Positions 13,145 to 27,606 of a stretch of 64,000 nucleotides of DNA are shown one piece after another; the stretch's first letter is position 1; every line of letters begins with the position of its first letter. This DNA comes from Somniosus microcephalus (Eukaryota): contig CM126208.1 in the NCBI GenBank assembly GCA_052327205.1, forward strand, positions 82,460,001 through 82,524,000, read 5' to 3'. The notes under the pieces are model-generated. The model saw nothing but the letters and a program-made list of their open reading frames with translations, was not told the origin of the DNA and did no database searches. A program made the translations under genes and the position numbers.

Positions 13145-13415
13145 GAGCAACCAGCATAAAGTTAGGATTATCACTAAAAGAACGAAAGGGGAAGTTGGAA
13201 GCACATTTTTCACACACAGAATATTAGAATGGAATACTTTGTTACAAATGGCTATTGAGGCCGGGACTATAGCATCATTTAAAAAGAAATTGGGTAAGTA
13301 GCTGAAAAAGAACATTAAAGGTTACAGGGTATAGACAGGTAAATGGGAAATTGGAGCTAACACCAACACAGGTCTGATGGGCCAAACAGCCTCCTGTGCT
13401 TTAATTTCTATGATC
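13145..13415 (+). mobile_element. Degraded CR1 3' fragment
   Basis: Decayed ORF2-end sequence and a GGGCCAAACAGCCTCCTGTGCT..TCTATGATCT tail. Confidence 0.5.
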
Positions 13416-13661
13416 TACTTACTGGTAGCATTCGTTGGTTCCCTCTACTGAAACACATTTTTGAGGTATGTTAAAGTATCTTGTGGAAGTTGCTGTGTAC
13501 TGTCTGGTCTGCTCTGCCTGCAACTCACGTCGTACACAATTCAGTCCCAGCAGTCCCATTATCTTCCCCAGACCTACTGTCGAGCAATTTTTTTTGCGAT
13601 TGGAAGCTCAGTCAACCAAGCTTTAATGAAACATCAAACCACTATATTTTTGTTAGATATT

Positions 13662-14212
13662 TAGACCCAAAATTCGAGCTGGTGGAAGTGCGGACTCCCT
13701 TCCATTGTCATCCACTGATGCAGACCCCGCCCCAAATCATTACCATATGGTCATTACTGTAATCAGGGTGAGTGGCCAGTGCCTGTAATGGTGCATCGTA
13801 GGCATCTAACCTGACATTATTGCAGAAAATTAGATTGCCCCTAAAAAGGAGAGGAAAAGGCCCAGGTGGGATCGATTACCTCTCTGTAGTGCAGCTCTGG
13901 GACCTTTCCAAAAGCCTCAGTGGAACCAGTACTCAGCTGGTGAAAGTTCTATGGGCCTTACAAGAGTGTAATGGCCAAAATATCTTGTGTAGCTCAGGAA
14001 CTCCACCAAACACCTCTCCACCCCCTTGACGTAGGAAGCATGAGTTGTCCTTTCCCTCCCCCCACCTGTCCACTGACTGGAATTTCCTGGGCCTCTTGCA
14101 TGGAGCAGAATCCCAGTGGTACCAGGTTCTGTCCCAAGTTCTAAAATTCTAGTTCCCGGTGGACGATGTGCACTCCCTCTGCCCGCTCAAACCCCTGGAA
14201 TTTTGGGACCTT
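13662..14212. mobile_element. Degenerate GC-rich MITE-like element
   Basis: Imperfect inverted ends GACCCAAAATTC / GAATTTTGGGAC resembling the 59960 element; GC-rich island in AT-rich DNA. Confidence 0.35.
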
Positions 14213-17200
14213 GATCTTCAATGCCTGCATTAATATAATTAACAGCAAAACAAGTTTGAAGATTTTTTTAATGTTAATTGGTTAGGTGTGTTTGAAGCTC
14301 TGTATTTTGACATTACTTTGGAATGGGGAAAGGCAGAAGGGGTGGATCTGAAAGTACTAAACGCAAACTTAATCACATTGTTTTAGGATTAATTTTAACT
14401 GTGACATTGCCTATAGTTTTCCACAGGGAAATGTTTTGAACTGAAGGAAGATTTGATCATATCAGAGTTGACCATAAGTGGGCTTTGCTACACTAATCTG
14501 TCAAACCTATTTTAATCTGTGATGGGGGAGGAGATGGAGAGAAAAATCTATACCGTACATTCCATTGCTTTGGAGTTACTCATTTGTACCATTTTTATTC
14601 AGTGGCCTTTAGTAAATTTGCACAAGCTGTTGTATAGCCCAGAGGAACTGAAGTATTGGAAGCTCCTTTGGATTTTAACCCTCTATTAGGTACTATTTGC
14701 TTATACCATATCCACACAAATTGATTGATTGGACTTCACTCTGAGAAGAAAATGTTTCTGGAAAAGTTTTGAAGTGGGGGAATCTATTTAGTCATGAACA
14801 GACATTGGTTGGCATTCAGGAGATTAAAATGTAGATATCTTTTGATAGTAATCCAGTCTTGCAGGGAAGAAATAACAGGACTGTTTGTTTTTATTTATAT
14901 TTATATAATTAATTAAACCATACCACTGAAGAGCAGGCCTTTTTTGATTTTCAAAACTGCATCTTAAAATGTAACTATTAAGTGCTTTAATTCTATAACT
15001 TGATGCTTCTATCTTCAGAGTTGTTTCAAAACTGTAGTTGTTATTGTCTGTTCCTTCATTGGCACCCTGAATAAATCCATCCTGCTTTACTCTTCTGCAC
15101 TCTCCCTCCCTTCCCCTCCTTTCCCCCCGCAGAAAGAAATGTCAGAATGTTTTAAACTATAAATGACTGGGTAGAGATGTTTGATATTGTCCCTAACCTC
15201 CCCATAAGGCATATCTTTCAAGCCCTTTCCCATGTCCATTTTGACTATATTAACAGCAGCCACGTCTACAGTACACAACTTTTTGTCATGGTGTTTTTTT
15301 GTTGTGGCTCATGGCATTGCGCGAGGCTTTTAAAATTTGAAATCCAGTGATAGTTGTATCGTAGAAGCCAATGAGTTCAGTTTGAAAATACTTTAATACA
15401 TTCATATTGACTCTGTGCTCCAATAAACGACAAGCATTCAAGCTTTCTTAGTAAAGGCTGGGAAAACTTTAGAAGGCTTATTGCATGAATCTGATTTATG
15501 ACTGTTTTGAATGAAAGAATATTGTCTCTTAAAGCAGGATGTTTTCCTAACCAGTTGGCTTTAAGAGACTTCTGTGTGTCTCTGTCATATTTACTTTCAG
15601 AAATATCCAAATAGATGTTGTAGAAGGATAGGTTTTGTCTTTTCCTTGGAGAGTATGGTAACAATTTGCAGACTAAAATACAAGATTAAAAACAAAATTC
15701 ACTGCAGACAAGTGCATTTGTGGTTTAAGCAAACCTATACTGTATGGGTGGTTCAGAGGGGAAAAAAAACTTTTTTTGTTGATGCTCCAGCAAGTTCTAG
15801 CGGAAGCAGCTCGGAGTTTCTGTGGAGCCGTAGCACGGGTCAGACTCATACACAACATTCCTGCTTCCGTGTTTAACAACCTGAGGAGCAAAACATCCAG
15901 TGGCAAGTGTGTGAAAATTCTGTATCTTGGGCCGCAGTTTGTTGCACTGACATCCTGCAAGCCAGTCCTGTCCATTCACAAACGTCAGGGCTGGTTCCTG
16001 ACAGCATGCTATCTCTGCCTGGCCTGGGTTCCTTTCATTCAGGATTCATTGTGTGGAAGAGGGTTTGGTCAGGAATTCGGGTTCCTGCCAGTACTGCTCT
16101 CTCCCAGCCCCTTCAGCACTGACAGATGCCTGTTGTCGTGGACAAAGGAATTGGCTCTTTGCTCCCTCTGTTCCTCCTTGCATCCGAGGTTAGAATTTAC
16201 ACCATCTCTACCCTTTATGGTAACACATGAAAAGAAAGCCATGTAAAACCTGTGTTAAATTTGTTTTACAAATGATGTAGATGTTGTAGAGACTGAATCT
16301 AAAGAACTTAAATTATTCACAAGAAAAAATATTAGCCAGGAATAAGAAAAAAAATTGCACTTGGTTGCATTTGCAATGTCAGTTTATCTGAATTTGGTTC
16401 AATATATATTTTCACTTATCTCCACATTTTGTGAAAAGAATGAAAACATCCTCAACTTAAATAGGCTTGGAACTAAATAGTAAAAACTATGGCTACCTGT
16501 AAAAAGCAAATGTTTTACAGATATGAGGAGATAATGAGCCTACTAGTAGTTTTTGTAAGCAGTAATATCGATAGCCCTCTGAACAGCTGATGCCAACACG
16601 CTCTCCGCCTGTTGTGCTGTAGTACCAGCTCCACCTAGTGGTTATATCTTGCTGCTATTATTAGATTGAATAAGTGGCCTCTTCACAGTATTTCTTGTGA
16701 AATGCTTTGCTAAGATTTGTTGTTTCGCGTAAGATACCGCAGCAATCATTTGTTTTCTACCATATTTGAAGGTTTTAAGCAATCAGTGTGTGATTATAAA
16801 CTTTGGATCAATTTGAACAGTTAATTGGTGCTTATTGGTGCTCTGTTCCGAACATTTCTACACCTATTGTGAAGTGGATTTTTGGTAAATATATTGCTAG
16901 AGTAAATAAGCATTCAGAAAGTAAGGCCATTAGAAAAAATGTCGTATAAGATGCAAGACACTTTATCATTTTTAATCAAAAGCAAGCAAGTGATCAGAAG
17001 CATTTTCGGTCCGGTGCAAACAACCATAACATTTGAATTTAATTTGTCACAAACAGCTCAACAGAATGAGGGAAGGCCTTGAAATTTTGCCTGAAGTGTG
17101 GTGTGGGGGTAACTTTGAGAAAGTGGTCCAGATGGCAACCAACACACTGCAGCCCTATGATTTTTTTTTGTCTCTGGTGCAGAGGAGGGAAAGTTCATTG

Positions 17201-19799
17201 AAGCATAAGCTATCGCCCTTGCATTTCAACAGAGCAAACTCATCATCAGTCAGATAATAAGGGGGGGGAGGGATGATTGAGCTTGTAGAGAAACACTTCA
17301 GCTGTGGTACTGTAGAAGCACAGGAAACCGAACAACACTCTTGGCCTGTTTATGAAGAAGTGCAAGCATCGTCCCTCCCTGACAGATTTCACATGGGTGG
17401 GTCAGCCTTGCCAGCAGGAGGCTTTAAGAAAACACTAATAGCTTCCAGCTGTGTGGAAAATCAGGCTCTTTAGAGTCAAAAATGGGAGATTTGAATTTCA
17501 AAGCATGCTAATGCCTTCATTTCTGTTCACTACCATTTGGCCATAAAAGATTATTTTCCAATATGTCAACCCAATTGATGGCCAGTGGTCCGAGAATGAA
17601 AGGGAAACAAGCAAGCGGGGAAATTTGTACATTGGTGAGTCCGCCCTCCAGCTGGTGTGGCATTTTGTAGAAAGACCTACCATGAGATGAGGGGATCTTA
17701 ATAACCATTCATCAATTGATCATTGGTTGATCATTGAGTGCTATGTTATTCAGTTTATCAAGTCTTGCACAAAAGTCAGAAAAGGCTTCATTCAACTTTG
17801 TTAAAGCAAACTCTTAGAGTAAAATGCTTTATTTGAATTCATTTTGCCTTTTTATTATTATTCTCTTTCCTCTTTTGTTAATGCAGCCTAACTGAGTCCT
17901 TTTATTTGGTGGTTTGAATATATGAAACTATTAATTCCTTTACGAAAGCCCAATGGGAAGCAGGAGCAGATGGGGTAGAAAACTATTTGGTTGGGAGTAT
18001 TGCTTTCAATTTGTGTCAATGAGGTTTCAGTTCTTTTGAATTAACTCACTTAATACCTACTGTGTGAAGCCATGAATTCACAGTGTATCAGATGCATGTT
18101 GGCAATTAGTGGCCAAAGAGTAGATAGGGAAAGTTGAGCTGACTTGTAGAAAAGTCTCGATGCAGCTAGTGTATTGTTACCGAGCCATGATCTCGTGAAA
18201 TGCATTTTGGGGTTTCTTGCTCTCTCTGGGTAAGCAATTTTAGAGTTGTTAATACCTTTATGTCTTTTAGTTTCTCTGTTATTTAATGTGTTTTTGTTTG
18301 ATTTCCCTTCTAAAGATTTTGATTCATACTTTTATAGATAATTATCATCCTGAAATTTGAATTAAAAGCTAGTTCTTGTTTCAATGCTTTTAATAATTCC
18401 AGGTTAGCTCAAATGTGACTTTTTTATTTCTAATATTTAATTAGCTGATGGAGTCATTACTTGCAATACTTTTCTCAAAGCATGACAATATGTTTCAGAT
18501 TAGGATAGCCAAAACTATGATCAATATTTGAAATTAAATTGATGTTGAAATGTTTAAATCAAAGCATTAAAAAAAACACTAAAATGACAACGGTTTAGAA
18601 CTGAATCCATTAATGTTTATGCTGCACACCCATCTTGTAATCTTTGGAATTGCCTTGAATTAAAGTGTGAGCCTGAGGAACAGGGTTGGCCTTGTCACTA
18701 TTTCAGATTGTTTGTGGGTGCCAGTGAATTCTACTCCCATTTCTGACTGCAGACGATGATTTTCCTGCTACTAATATCAAGAGTAGTTAAAGTGCAGTGA
18801 ATCGCATTGATTGTAAATCACAGCCGCCTGGATTAAACCAAACTGGGGGATGCTGCCACATGTGTGGCACCTTTCCTGTAATTAAATAACCTGGAGATAA
18901 AGGCCTGATGCAGCTGACGGTTACAGAAAACACTGGAGGAGTATCCGATGCACAAGCATCCTTGTCTTGTCATTCCTTTCACTGATAGACCACTAGGTGA
19001 GAATCCCGAAGGAATTGGTTCATGTTAATGTGGATCAATTTGAAGCCGCAATTACTGTTGTGAGGATATGGTCCTGGCATTTAGAAGAGCTGTTTCAAGA
19101 AGAAAGACAAAAAAGAGTGAAAATGCTTGTGGTCTGAAATGCATGTCTGTGGTATAATCCTTTGATAGCTGGTGTATGTTGTAGAAGAGCTGACAATTAT
19201 TGCTGTTCATAACCCTTTGAGGTGCTCCTGACTACACTGGATTTTTTTTTCTTAAAGAGCTGCATTACATTAGGAAACAGCTTATTGGCTGCAGCACTGC
19301 TGTGAGTGTTTGTTAACTGACATCAGTTGTCAGAGAGCCATGGATTGATCCATATGTGAACAGAGCATATTCATAGCTCTCAAAAAAAGGTCAGTTTTTC
19401 CTGTGTTCCCACATGGATTTCATCAGCGGTTTAAGGCGGCTACAGGGAAAAAATGCATTTGCATTGACAGAGGCTGAATGCTGGGGGATCTGCATTCAGA
19501 CACATGTGAATCATATGCTGTAAGGAAGGCAGGAGGAATGCTACAAGCAACGTAGTGGAAGGATTGCAAAGAGTGGGGGCAAACAAATCAAAGAAGGAAA
19601 GGTTTACATTTCCGTTTTTGTAAAGAACGACACAGCTTATCTGAGGACTTCACAACAATATATCCCTGTGTCTGGTGCCTTCCTTGCCCTCCCCTGGGTT
19701 GGAGCTAGTAAAAAAGGTACAGTAAAATAAGTCAGATGAGGGTCTCAGGCAGAGATAATTTGTGCATACATCCATGTCATTGTTCTGCCTGAAGAGACT

Positions 19800-20059
19800 G
19801 GGCTTGGTTCAAGGCCACATGTGCTCCTGTCATCATTCACATTTCTGCTCCAAGTACAATTCGGAGTGTCAGCTCTCCATCTGTCTCTGCCTGGCAAAAG
19901 CACGCACCCAGTTTCCTGCCTCTAGGTAGGGTGCCGCAGCAAGCCTTATGGCTGTCTGTTTTCTCTGATCATTCCAGAGCAGGAGACCGTAGGTCTGCTG
20001 ACTAGTTTTGCATTTTTATTTTTTTAAGAAGAGGGTAAAGGTGTGTAGCTCGTTCAATA
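19800..20059 (+). promoter_or_regulatory. RUNX1T1: Probable internal promoter / 5' UTR of the MP-type (MTG8a-like) first exon
   Basis: Non-repetitive sequence leading into ATGCCAG|gtgagt; the 5' limit is a guess. Confidence 0.4.
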
Positions 20060-20066
20060 ATGCCAG
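20060..20066 (+). CDS. RUNX1T1: RUNX1T1 alternative first coding exon, MTG8a type (MP + phase-1 G)
   Basis: ATG CCA G|gtgagt; splicing to 28622 gives [14 protein letters not shown], matching human MTG8a MPDRTEKHSTMPDS. Confidence 0.8.
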
Positions 20067-21485
20067 GTGAGTCTTGTGGAGGTGACCTGTTCACCAAGCA
20101 TGTTTAACATTGACAGGGTATTTTGTTTTAGTTACTGTCAACCTAGAAGTGAAATTATAGCCATTTATTGACTTGATGATAGGGTCTTGTTTTGTGTGCA
20201 ACGTGTCACATTTTATTAGTCATACGTTGTGTATGAACTGTTAAGCCATGTGGCTGATGGTGTTATTATCTTAAGATAAAATATGTATCGAGAGAGACTG
20301 AAAGTGCACAGCTGTCTGTTTACAGATTATTTGGTTAGAAGTCCAGAAGTGGCTGCAGTTTAAAGGAGAGTACACTTTGCAGATGGTGTTTTGAAATTGT
20401 ATCTGCCTGCTTGTACTGCTGTGTGTAGGTATTGCCAGTTGTTGAAGAAGATTTTTCTTAGGGGAGTTGTTGTGTGGTCTTATTCAACCAACATTTTTGT
20501 CCATTTTACAGCGCTATTAAATGCTGCATGTTACATCTGTACCATTGCATAGTATACTGTTTGTTACTAACACATTTTTGTTAATAGATGTCAGGCTCCA
20601 GTTTACTAGGTTGCTATGCACTATTGTTTTCCCAGTGATATATGAAAGCTAGTGTGCTGTGCTGTACTGTACTGTCAGCCCTTGTAATGTGGTACATAAT
20701 CTGCAAATAACAGATGTGTGCAACCACAAGCATGTGCAAGATTTAATCTACTTGAGCATATCTGACACTTGGCTATTTTTTTGACACCCATCTGTACTAT
20801 AGTCTGTTAGGATGGTCTTCACAATCTGCCCCGAGTGCTGTAGTTAAATTTCATTTTCATTGAGAATAGGATTTGTATGATAGCTTTTTTTTAAAAAAAC
20901 CCACAGTAATTGGGGCCATAAACTCTAGCTGCACAATTGTTAATTTGAAAACCTCTTGTAACTACATCTCTGTGTTTGCTAAAGCTCAGATGGACGAGAC
21001 AATTATGTAACTCTCAATTGTGCCCAGCTAGGGGACTTCAATTCTAATGTGGATATATTGGGTGCCTTTTTTTTCTCAATAGGTTGGATTATAACCTTGC
21101 TTTTTTTTTAAATCACATAACTTTTGACCAATAAACCTGCATGCTAGATGCCATGAGTTGACAGCAAAATAAACAGAAACATTCTGGAATGGTCTGTTTC
21201 TATATTTCTACTGTTAAAGCAAAATCTAGCTCACATTATCAGTGGTGCTGAATATAAAAAGTTAAATGGCGAGCTATAAAAGCACGAGAAAACTGTTTTA
21301 ACAAACCTAACATTTTATTGAAAATGTTAAAAATCCGCACTCCCTGCATTTACTTGGGCAGGGCTTTCATTTGGCCTTGTGGTCCTATTATGTTTGTGTT
21401 TCTGCCAACACTTTAAACACAAGACAACTTTAAATTTTTATTGGTGTAAACAGATATTTGTGTGGATCTCTGTCTTTGGGAGTCG

Positions 21486-21508
21486 TGTGTGTGTGTGTGT
21501 GTGTGTGT
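21486..21508. repeat. (GT)n microsatellite
   Basis: Run of about 11 GT units. Confidence 0.9.
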
Positions 21509-24500
21509 TTCAGTACGAGATGTACTAAAGTATGGTTTTAGATATGGTTTGCCCATAAATATGCATGCAGTAAACTATGTGTGTTCTGTCAGGCCGTTGT
21601 ATATAGGAGAGTGTTTGAGTGAGGGGCTACTATAGTGTACAATTTCACAAAGCAAATCTTGTGAACCCTGTACAGTACTTCCAAAGAACAGACGCAGGCT
21701 TATAAATACAGCACCATTAATGCATCTGGCATTGCTCAGGGTCATTTCCGTGAAAGACCATCAGTGATCATGGTCATTGTAGTACAAAATGATACTGTTC
21801 TGTTAGAAAAGGCCTGGCATTAGGTCAGACCACCCTCTTAACTTCTGCTGTCCAGATGTGGCCACAGCTCTTTTTCTTTACATTTCAAAAATTGATTCTG
21901 TTTTCAGAATCTGGTTCTACTTAGGACATCTCCATCCTGGGGCGCATTTCATAAATTGTCCACATATTTTTCTTAGCAGAGAACTTAACTGGCTGTAATT
22001 TTTAACACATGGCTATGTCATGTGATATTTTCAAAACACTTGCAGACAGCACTGAGCAAGTCCCAGTAGAAATAAACAGCCATTCTGCCGCCAGTCTTTT
22101 TTTTAATAAGTATAAAAGAATTATCTGCATTTTATATGTAGAAGAAACTTTATTTTAACACACATTTCTACGGCGCAGTTTGAAATACCTCTCAAATAAA
22201 CAAATGATTGCTTCTTGGATTCAATGAGACTTTTTAAAATCTGTAAACATATATTAAAGTTATTGGGAAATCGAAGTACTTATTATTGTGCTTTAACTAT
22301 TACCAATAAGCAGCAGATCATGCTTTGTTCTGCAAGGTGTCCAATATGTTTTCTGGAGGGCATGTCCGATTGTTCAGTATTTCTGAAAGACGACAGAAGT
22401 CCAGTTTTATTTTTATTTTTATTATTTCTGTACAAATTCTTTCACGTAAGATTAGTTATGGTTCAATCTGATAGTTTAGAGGTTGTCTCAAGTTCTCCCT
22501 AATGGTTTAAGGATTGATTTGTCTACTTTTTTTTAATAAAGTGCTTGAATAATACCAGTCACCCCGAAACACAAACTAAAACATTAGCCTTTTGTTTATA
22601 GCAGGCTGACTAATCTAATGAACCAAATGATTTTCATATTGTGGGTCCAGAGACCTCGTATGCTGCGGCAGCTTTGTTTCAGCAGCATCCTGAAGAGTCG
22701 TCTACCACAGAGTCATGAGGGTCACATATGGCTTCTCCAGACAAGCAGCATCCTACCATGGGCAAAGAATATTCAATATTAAACATTTAGTTTTGAAGAA
22801 TCTAATTAAGTGCTCTGATAAATTTAGAAATTAGAAGCTTTTTTTTTACCTACACAACATCCCCATTTAAAGATTAAATTTATGTTTTGTTCACCTTTTA
22901 CTACAAAAAATCTTGTGCATACATTTTTACTAAATATTGCCCTGTGGTTTCATGCATTTCATTTTATGTTAGTGTATTTAGTGCTGGACTAGGATAGCTT
23001 TCTGTAGATATTCCAGGATAGACAAATGTATACATTGTGAAGGCTGCATAAGAATTGCTAATCAAAGGGTTAATGTACTGTCTACCGCATCTGTGCTGTA
23101 AAAAAAAAATCAGCTTGATTAATGCAAAATGCAATGCAACAAACAAATCGGGCAGTATATTTCTGCACTCTAATGGCTACCCCCCTCTGGATTAATTTTA
23201 AAACAGGGCATGGAATTCTATAAAAAGGTGGATAAATTTTGCTTCGTGTTTCCAAAAATTCAGTTAGCAGAATAGTCTTAAAAAGAATATTGCCTTTTTT
23301 TTCTGGAATTAAATTAAAAGGCCTTTGACCTTGTCTTTAAAACAATATCTGAGCAAGCTTTTGTGCTACAGCAATTGGTAGCTCTCCCGCAGGCACTGTG
23401 CAGATAGCCTGCTGCAGTCCCATAGCCCTCACCTTATTTAATATAATGGAATAAAACTACTTTTGGAACCACCTGGTACAGATGAGGCAACCCGGGGGAC
23501 GTGTACTTCAGGGATCGAGAAACCGAATGCTAAGAAATGTGAAAGTCTAAGGGGACAACTGGGGGATTGCAGGAAAAAAACAGTACAGGGACACTAATAC
23601 ATCTTCCTGACAAGCAGAGGTTTGATGGGACATGTACTGCATACTGTTCCATCTGGTGCTTATGATTGCATGGCATATTAGCGTGCTGCAAGTTCATAAT
23701 GTATTCAAGGCGAGAAACCATCCCCTGCATACCAAGTGAGCTCTCCTTCCCAAGACTGCCTTTGAATCTTGATGATCGTGTCTTGCATGTTCCACCTGTG
23801 TTCTACAGGATGCGATGATTTTTTTTTACACACCACGAGAGACGTGCACCCCATGCATCTGCTGCAGTGGTGGCTCTGCTTATTTATGTAAACACACAAG
23901 TTGGATTGTAATCAGACTTACCAGTGGCTTATTAGAATCGTAAACCAATTCTCCTATCCAACCTCTAATTACAGAGATAATTACGCTCAAACAGCATGAG
24001 TTAAGGGGATGGGTCACAAGTGCCGACATACTCCACACTGGTTACTGAGCCATCATCCCAAGCTTTTTGGCTCATAGCAAGATTTTCACTGCTGCATTCC
24101 CAGGCATTCATACTGAAGAGACCCCAAACTACCACAGTGCATAGTATTCGGGCGTAACGTGACATATTGGCATTAAATTTCAGCATAAGTTTCATTTGTG
24201 TTTGAGGACATTTCCAATTATCCCCCTTGGTTGGTGATAACATTTCTAAACATTAACCTTCATTACAGTATGCTGCCTTTGTAATTAAGATGTACTGTTG
24301 CTTTGCTAAAACAGGCTACTTGCCTGCTAAATTCAGAGAAATCTGTACCGAGTGAGTGTGGGTAATCTGAAATATTTCAGCAAATGTTTACAAGATTCCA
24401 TGAATGTTTCAACATACCACACAAAAACTGTAAATATCTGCTTCTGGAGATACAATGCACACATCACTTCATGCACTTGAACACTATGTGTAATCCCTAG

Positions 24501-26620
24501 AAACCAGACCCCACCAAGTCAGCCTCTCGTATGAAAGAGCACCTTGTTTAAAACAGACTGAATAATTAATATAGGCTGCGTGTAGTGAAGTAATTCCATT
24601 TGCTTTATATAGTGTCATACATTTTCACATATTGGAGGCTGTTAGATAAAGAAATTTGGCAGTCATCTTTTAGACTGCTTCCATTTAAACAATTAAAAAA
24701 AACCCTGCCACAAGCTTGATTTACCTTTTTGCCACTGTCTTTTAATTGTCTTTAACCGATCAGACTCAAAGTTGCTTCGTATTTACCATCTTCTAGAATG
24801 GAAATTATTTCACATTATTACTCACAAACTTTTGTTTCTATTCGGGCTTGGCCATGCAGCCTTTAATTTGAAAATAGTATGCATAACAAGTGAACTCTTT
24901 TTTTTTTTAAAAACCCAGCACTTTCACTTCTAATAAGTGTTTCAGTTTCTAGAGGAAGAGAGGGAAGTTAAATCAACATTCCCATGATTATGCTTTTACA
25001 TTAGGAATAAAGTATTCTTGCAGAAACTCAACATTTTGAGCTGAAAAGGTTCTTTTGTACACTTACACTGTGGCTTTGCTAAGAAACAAATCATCATTCA
25101 GAATGATTGTGCTACCCAGAACAAATGGAACTGATTTACAAATACTCAAACCATATTTTCTGAGTTTACATCAAGTCACTAACTTTACTAGAGGCTTGGG
25201 TTTTTTTTGGATATGGATTAGGACTGGCCCATTACTTCAGCATTATCTCCATCATGAATTGATTGCGCTAAACAGCACTGAATGAGTTGCAGATGGTGGC
25301 ATTACATTTAATTTGGAGGACCTCTCGGCTCTGGCTCCATCTGATCCAGGGCAGGTTGGCTGTGCATGAAACCTTCTGGCTGACACCAAACTGTCAGTAC
25401 AGTAGAAGCATGTGTCTGCCGGGTTGGGGGAGGCAGTTTTAATCCTCAGCAGAGCTGTGCTGCAGATGGAGATGCTTGGGTGACTATTTTGGATAGCTTT
25501 CAAGATTTCATAAGGAAGTTCTGTATTAGGACTAATTGTGTGTGCTAAAGTGTAGAGATACACAGAAGTAACATGATTTCAGATTTATAATTACAGTTTA
25601 TGCTTCAGTACTTGTAGAATGCTGAGATATTTAAGCATGAGGGATATGAGCCTCTTGTATAAGTAACAGATTAATTCCACAGGCTTCTTTCCCATGTGTT
25701 TTGGAGCTGGTTATCTGGACGGTCTTTTTTAACAGTACAGCTTGAGTGTTAGCAGAATGGAAACCAGATGGGCTAGCAGTTCCCACTGTTATCTCCCAAC
25801 CAGCCCTGGCAAGCTCACTGCCCCAGCATGTCAGGAATATTTTCCTTTATTTAGGAGAGCCTGAATTCACTGCTCTGTCTGCAGTAACATGTGGTTGTTA
25901 GTTTTGGGTTTGGAACTGAAAAATATTTATTCCATGTGATTCTAACCACTTGAGGTAGTGAGGTGAAAAGACAGGGTGCACTGTTGAGCAGTGAAGGCTG
26001 GAAAACGACCGAGTATCATTGGCAAGCTTGTTCGGTCCCAAATATGAATTTAGTCATGGTCTTTTGAAAATACCAAAACTGTAAGTTGACATTAAGAATA
26101 AAATCTAGTGGATAAAGAAGTGACAAATAGTGAGAGACCCATTTATTTTTTGTGTTTCATGATCCTAATCTTCTGAAAAAGCTGTGGTAGCAAGAACGTT
26201 GAAACATTTTGGAAGAAGTAAATCTCTGGATAGATATTGGTACTGTGATCCTATGTGCTTTAATAAAGTTAATGTGGATTTTTTAAAAAGCATTTCAGTT
26301 AAAATTGCATTAAAATTAGCCTAATGTCCAGGCTTGTGTGTTACTGATTTACATATTTGTGCCAATTGCCCTATTTTTAAACTTTGCTTAGCTTCCAATA
26401 ATGTGGTGAAGTGTGTGACCAATGAATTGCTGGATTAAACAGAAATCAAATAACGTTTCACAGTAATTATACAATGCATAGACAAAGTCCTATTAATTTT
26501 AATTAGCTATGAGCTGTTCTACAAGAGAGAAAGAGGCACTATATTACACACAAACTATTTATGTTTAGTCACAGTTCAAGGATTCCAAATACCCTATAAT
26601 TTAGGTATGTGTTATATGTA

Positions 26621-26953
26621 CAGGAAACTTCGCGATATCTGGCACCGACGGGACTGAGCTGCTGCCAATCTATCAAAACTTCTGGATAGACCAGTGCTAA
26701 TGTTGAAGGATACGGAGGTTTTCATCTCCGTATCTGACAATAAACACTGTTGCTTAGCAACAGCTTGTAAACACTCGGCCCGTACCTTGGAAGCGTCTCT
26801 GAAGCTGTTGCTAAGTTACAGAGATACTTTCCAGAGCCTGACTGTTTAAAAAAAATGCTAGGAGAAAAAAAAACTAACCAAAACGGCTGCTGATTTCTGC
26901 CGTTAGATCGAGGTTTCCAGACATACAACCTCCGGATAAACCAAAGTTTCCTG
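26621..26953 (+). mobile_element. Tc1/mariner-type (Tigger/pogo-like) MITE, copy 1
   Basis: TA|CAGGAAACTT ... AAGTTTCCTG|TA: terminal inverted repeats with a TA target duplication. Confidence 0.85.
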
Positions 26954-27606
26954 TACGTGGTGACATATTATCGATAAGAAGTAACATTGTAAATAAAATA
27001 TATAGTACAATAGGCCCTAATCATAGCCTCAGACTTTACGGACCCATTTAAAGCCAGGACCTTGGCTGGCCGCCATTCTTTTCACAATTGGATTCCATCT
27101 ATCCAGCAACATTCTTGTTCGGCCAAAATAAAATGACTGCTTTAGTTCTGGATCTGAGGAAAGCCTAGATTATGGCAAGATGGAAAAAGACTGCATGGGA
27201 AGAAAGTAACTGAAACATGAGGAACAATTCGTGAAGGAAAAAGTGAAATCTATCATTGCACTGGGGAAGGAAAAGAAAATGTAGGAAGTAGGCACTGTGT
27301 GTTTGTTACAAAAACTTCTGGGACTTGTCCTGATTAAAATCTTAACTCCGTCCTTTTAAATGGTTTTGCAGAGACAAGAACTCATTGAAAAAGCTTTTTT
27401 TTGTGAACTATTTCAAATTGATAGGTTTCTATAAACATATGAAAATTGAAATATGATATTCAGTTTACAGCTTGGTGGACAGAAAAACAGTGCGGTAAAT
27501 TGAGACTGTTGATGGAAATAGTGTGCAAGAATTAATTATGGCTTATTGTTAAAGTAGCTCAGGAATAAATGAGACACCTATTCATCTGCAATAAATCACT
27601 GATATA

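Noticed and set aside
15776-16246. 156-aa ORF in intron 1
   Set aside because: Non-ATG start, no recognisable domain, no splice context.
6400-20000. Human MTG8b-type first exon (MISVKRNTW...)
   Set aside because: No match seen by eye.
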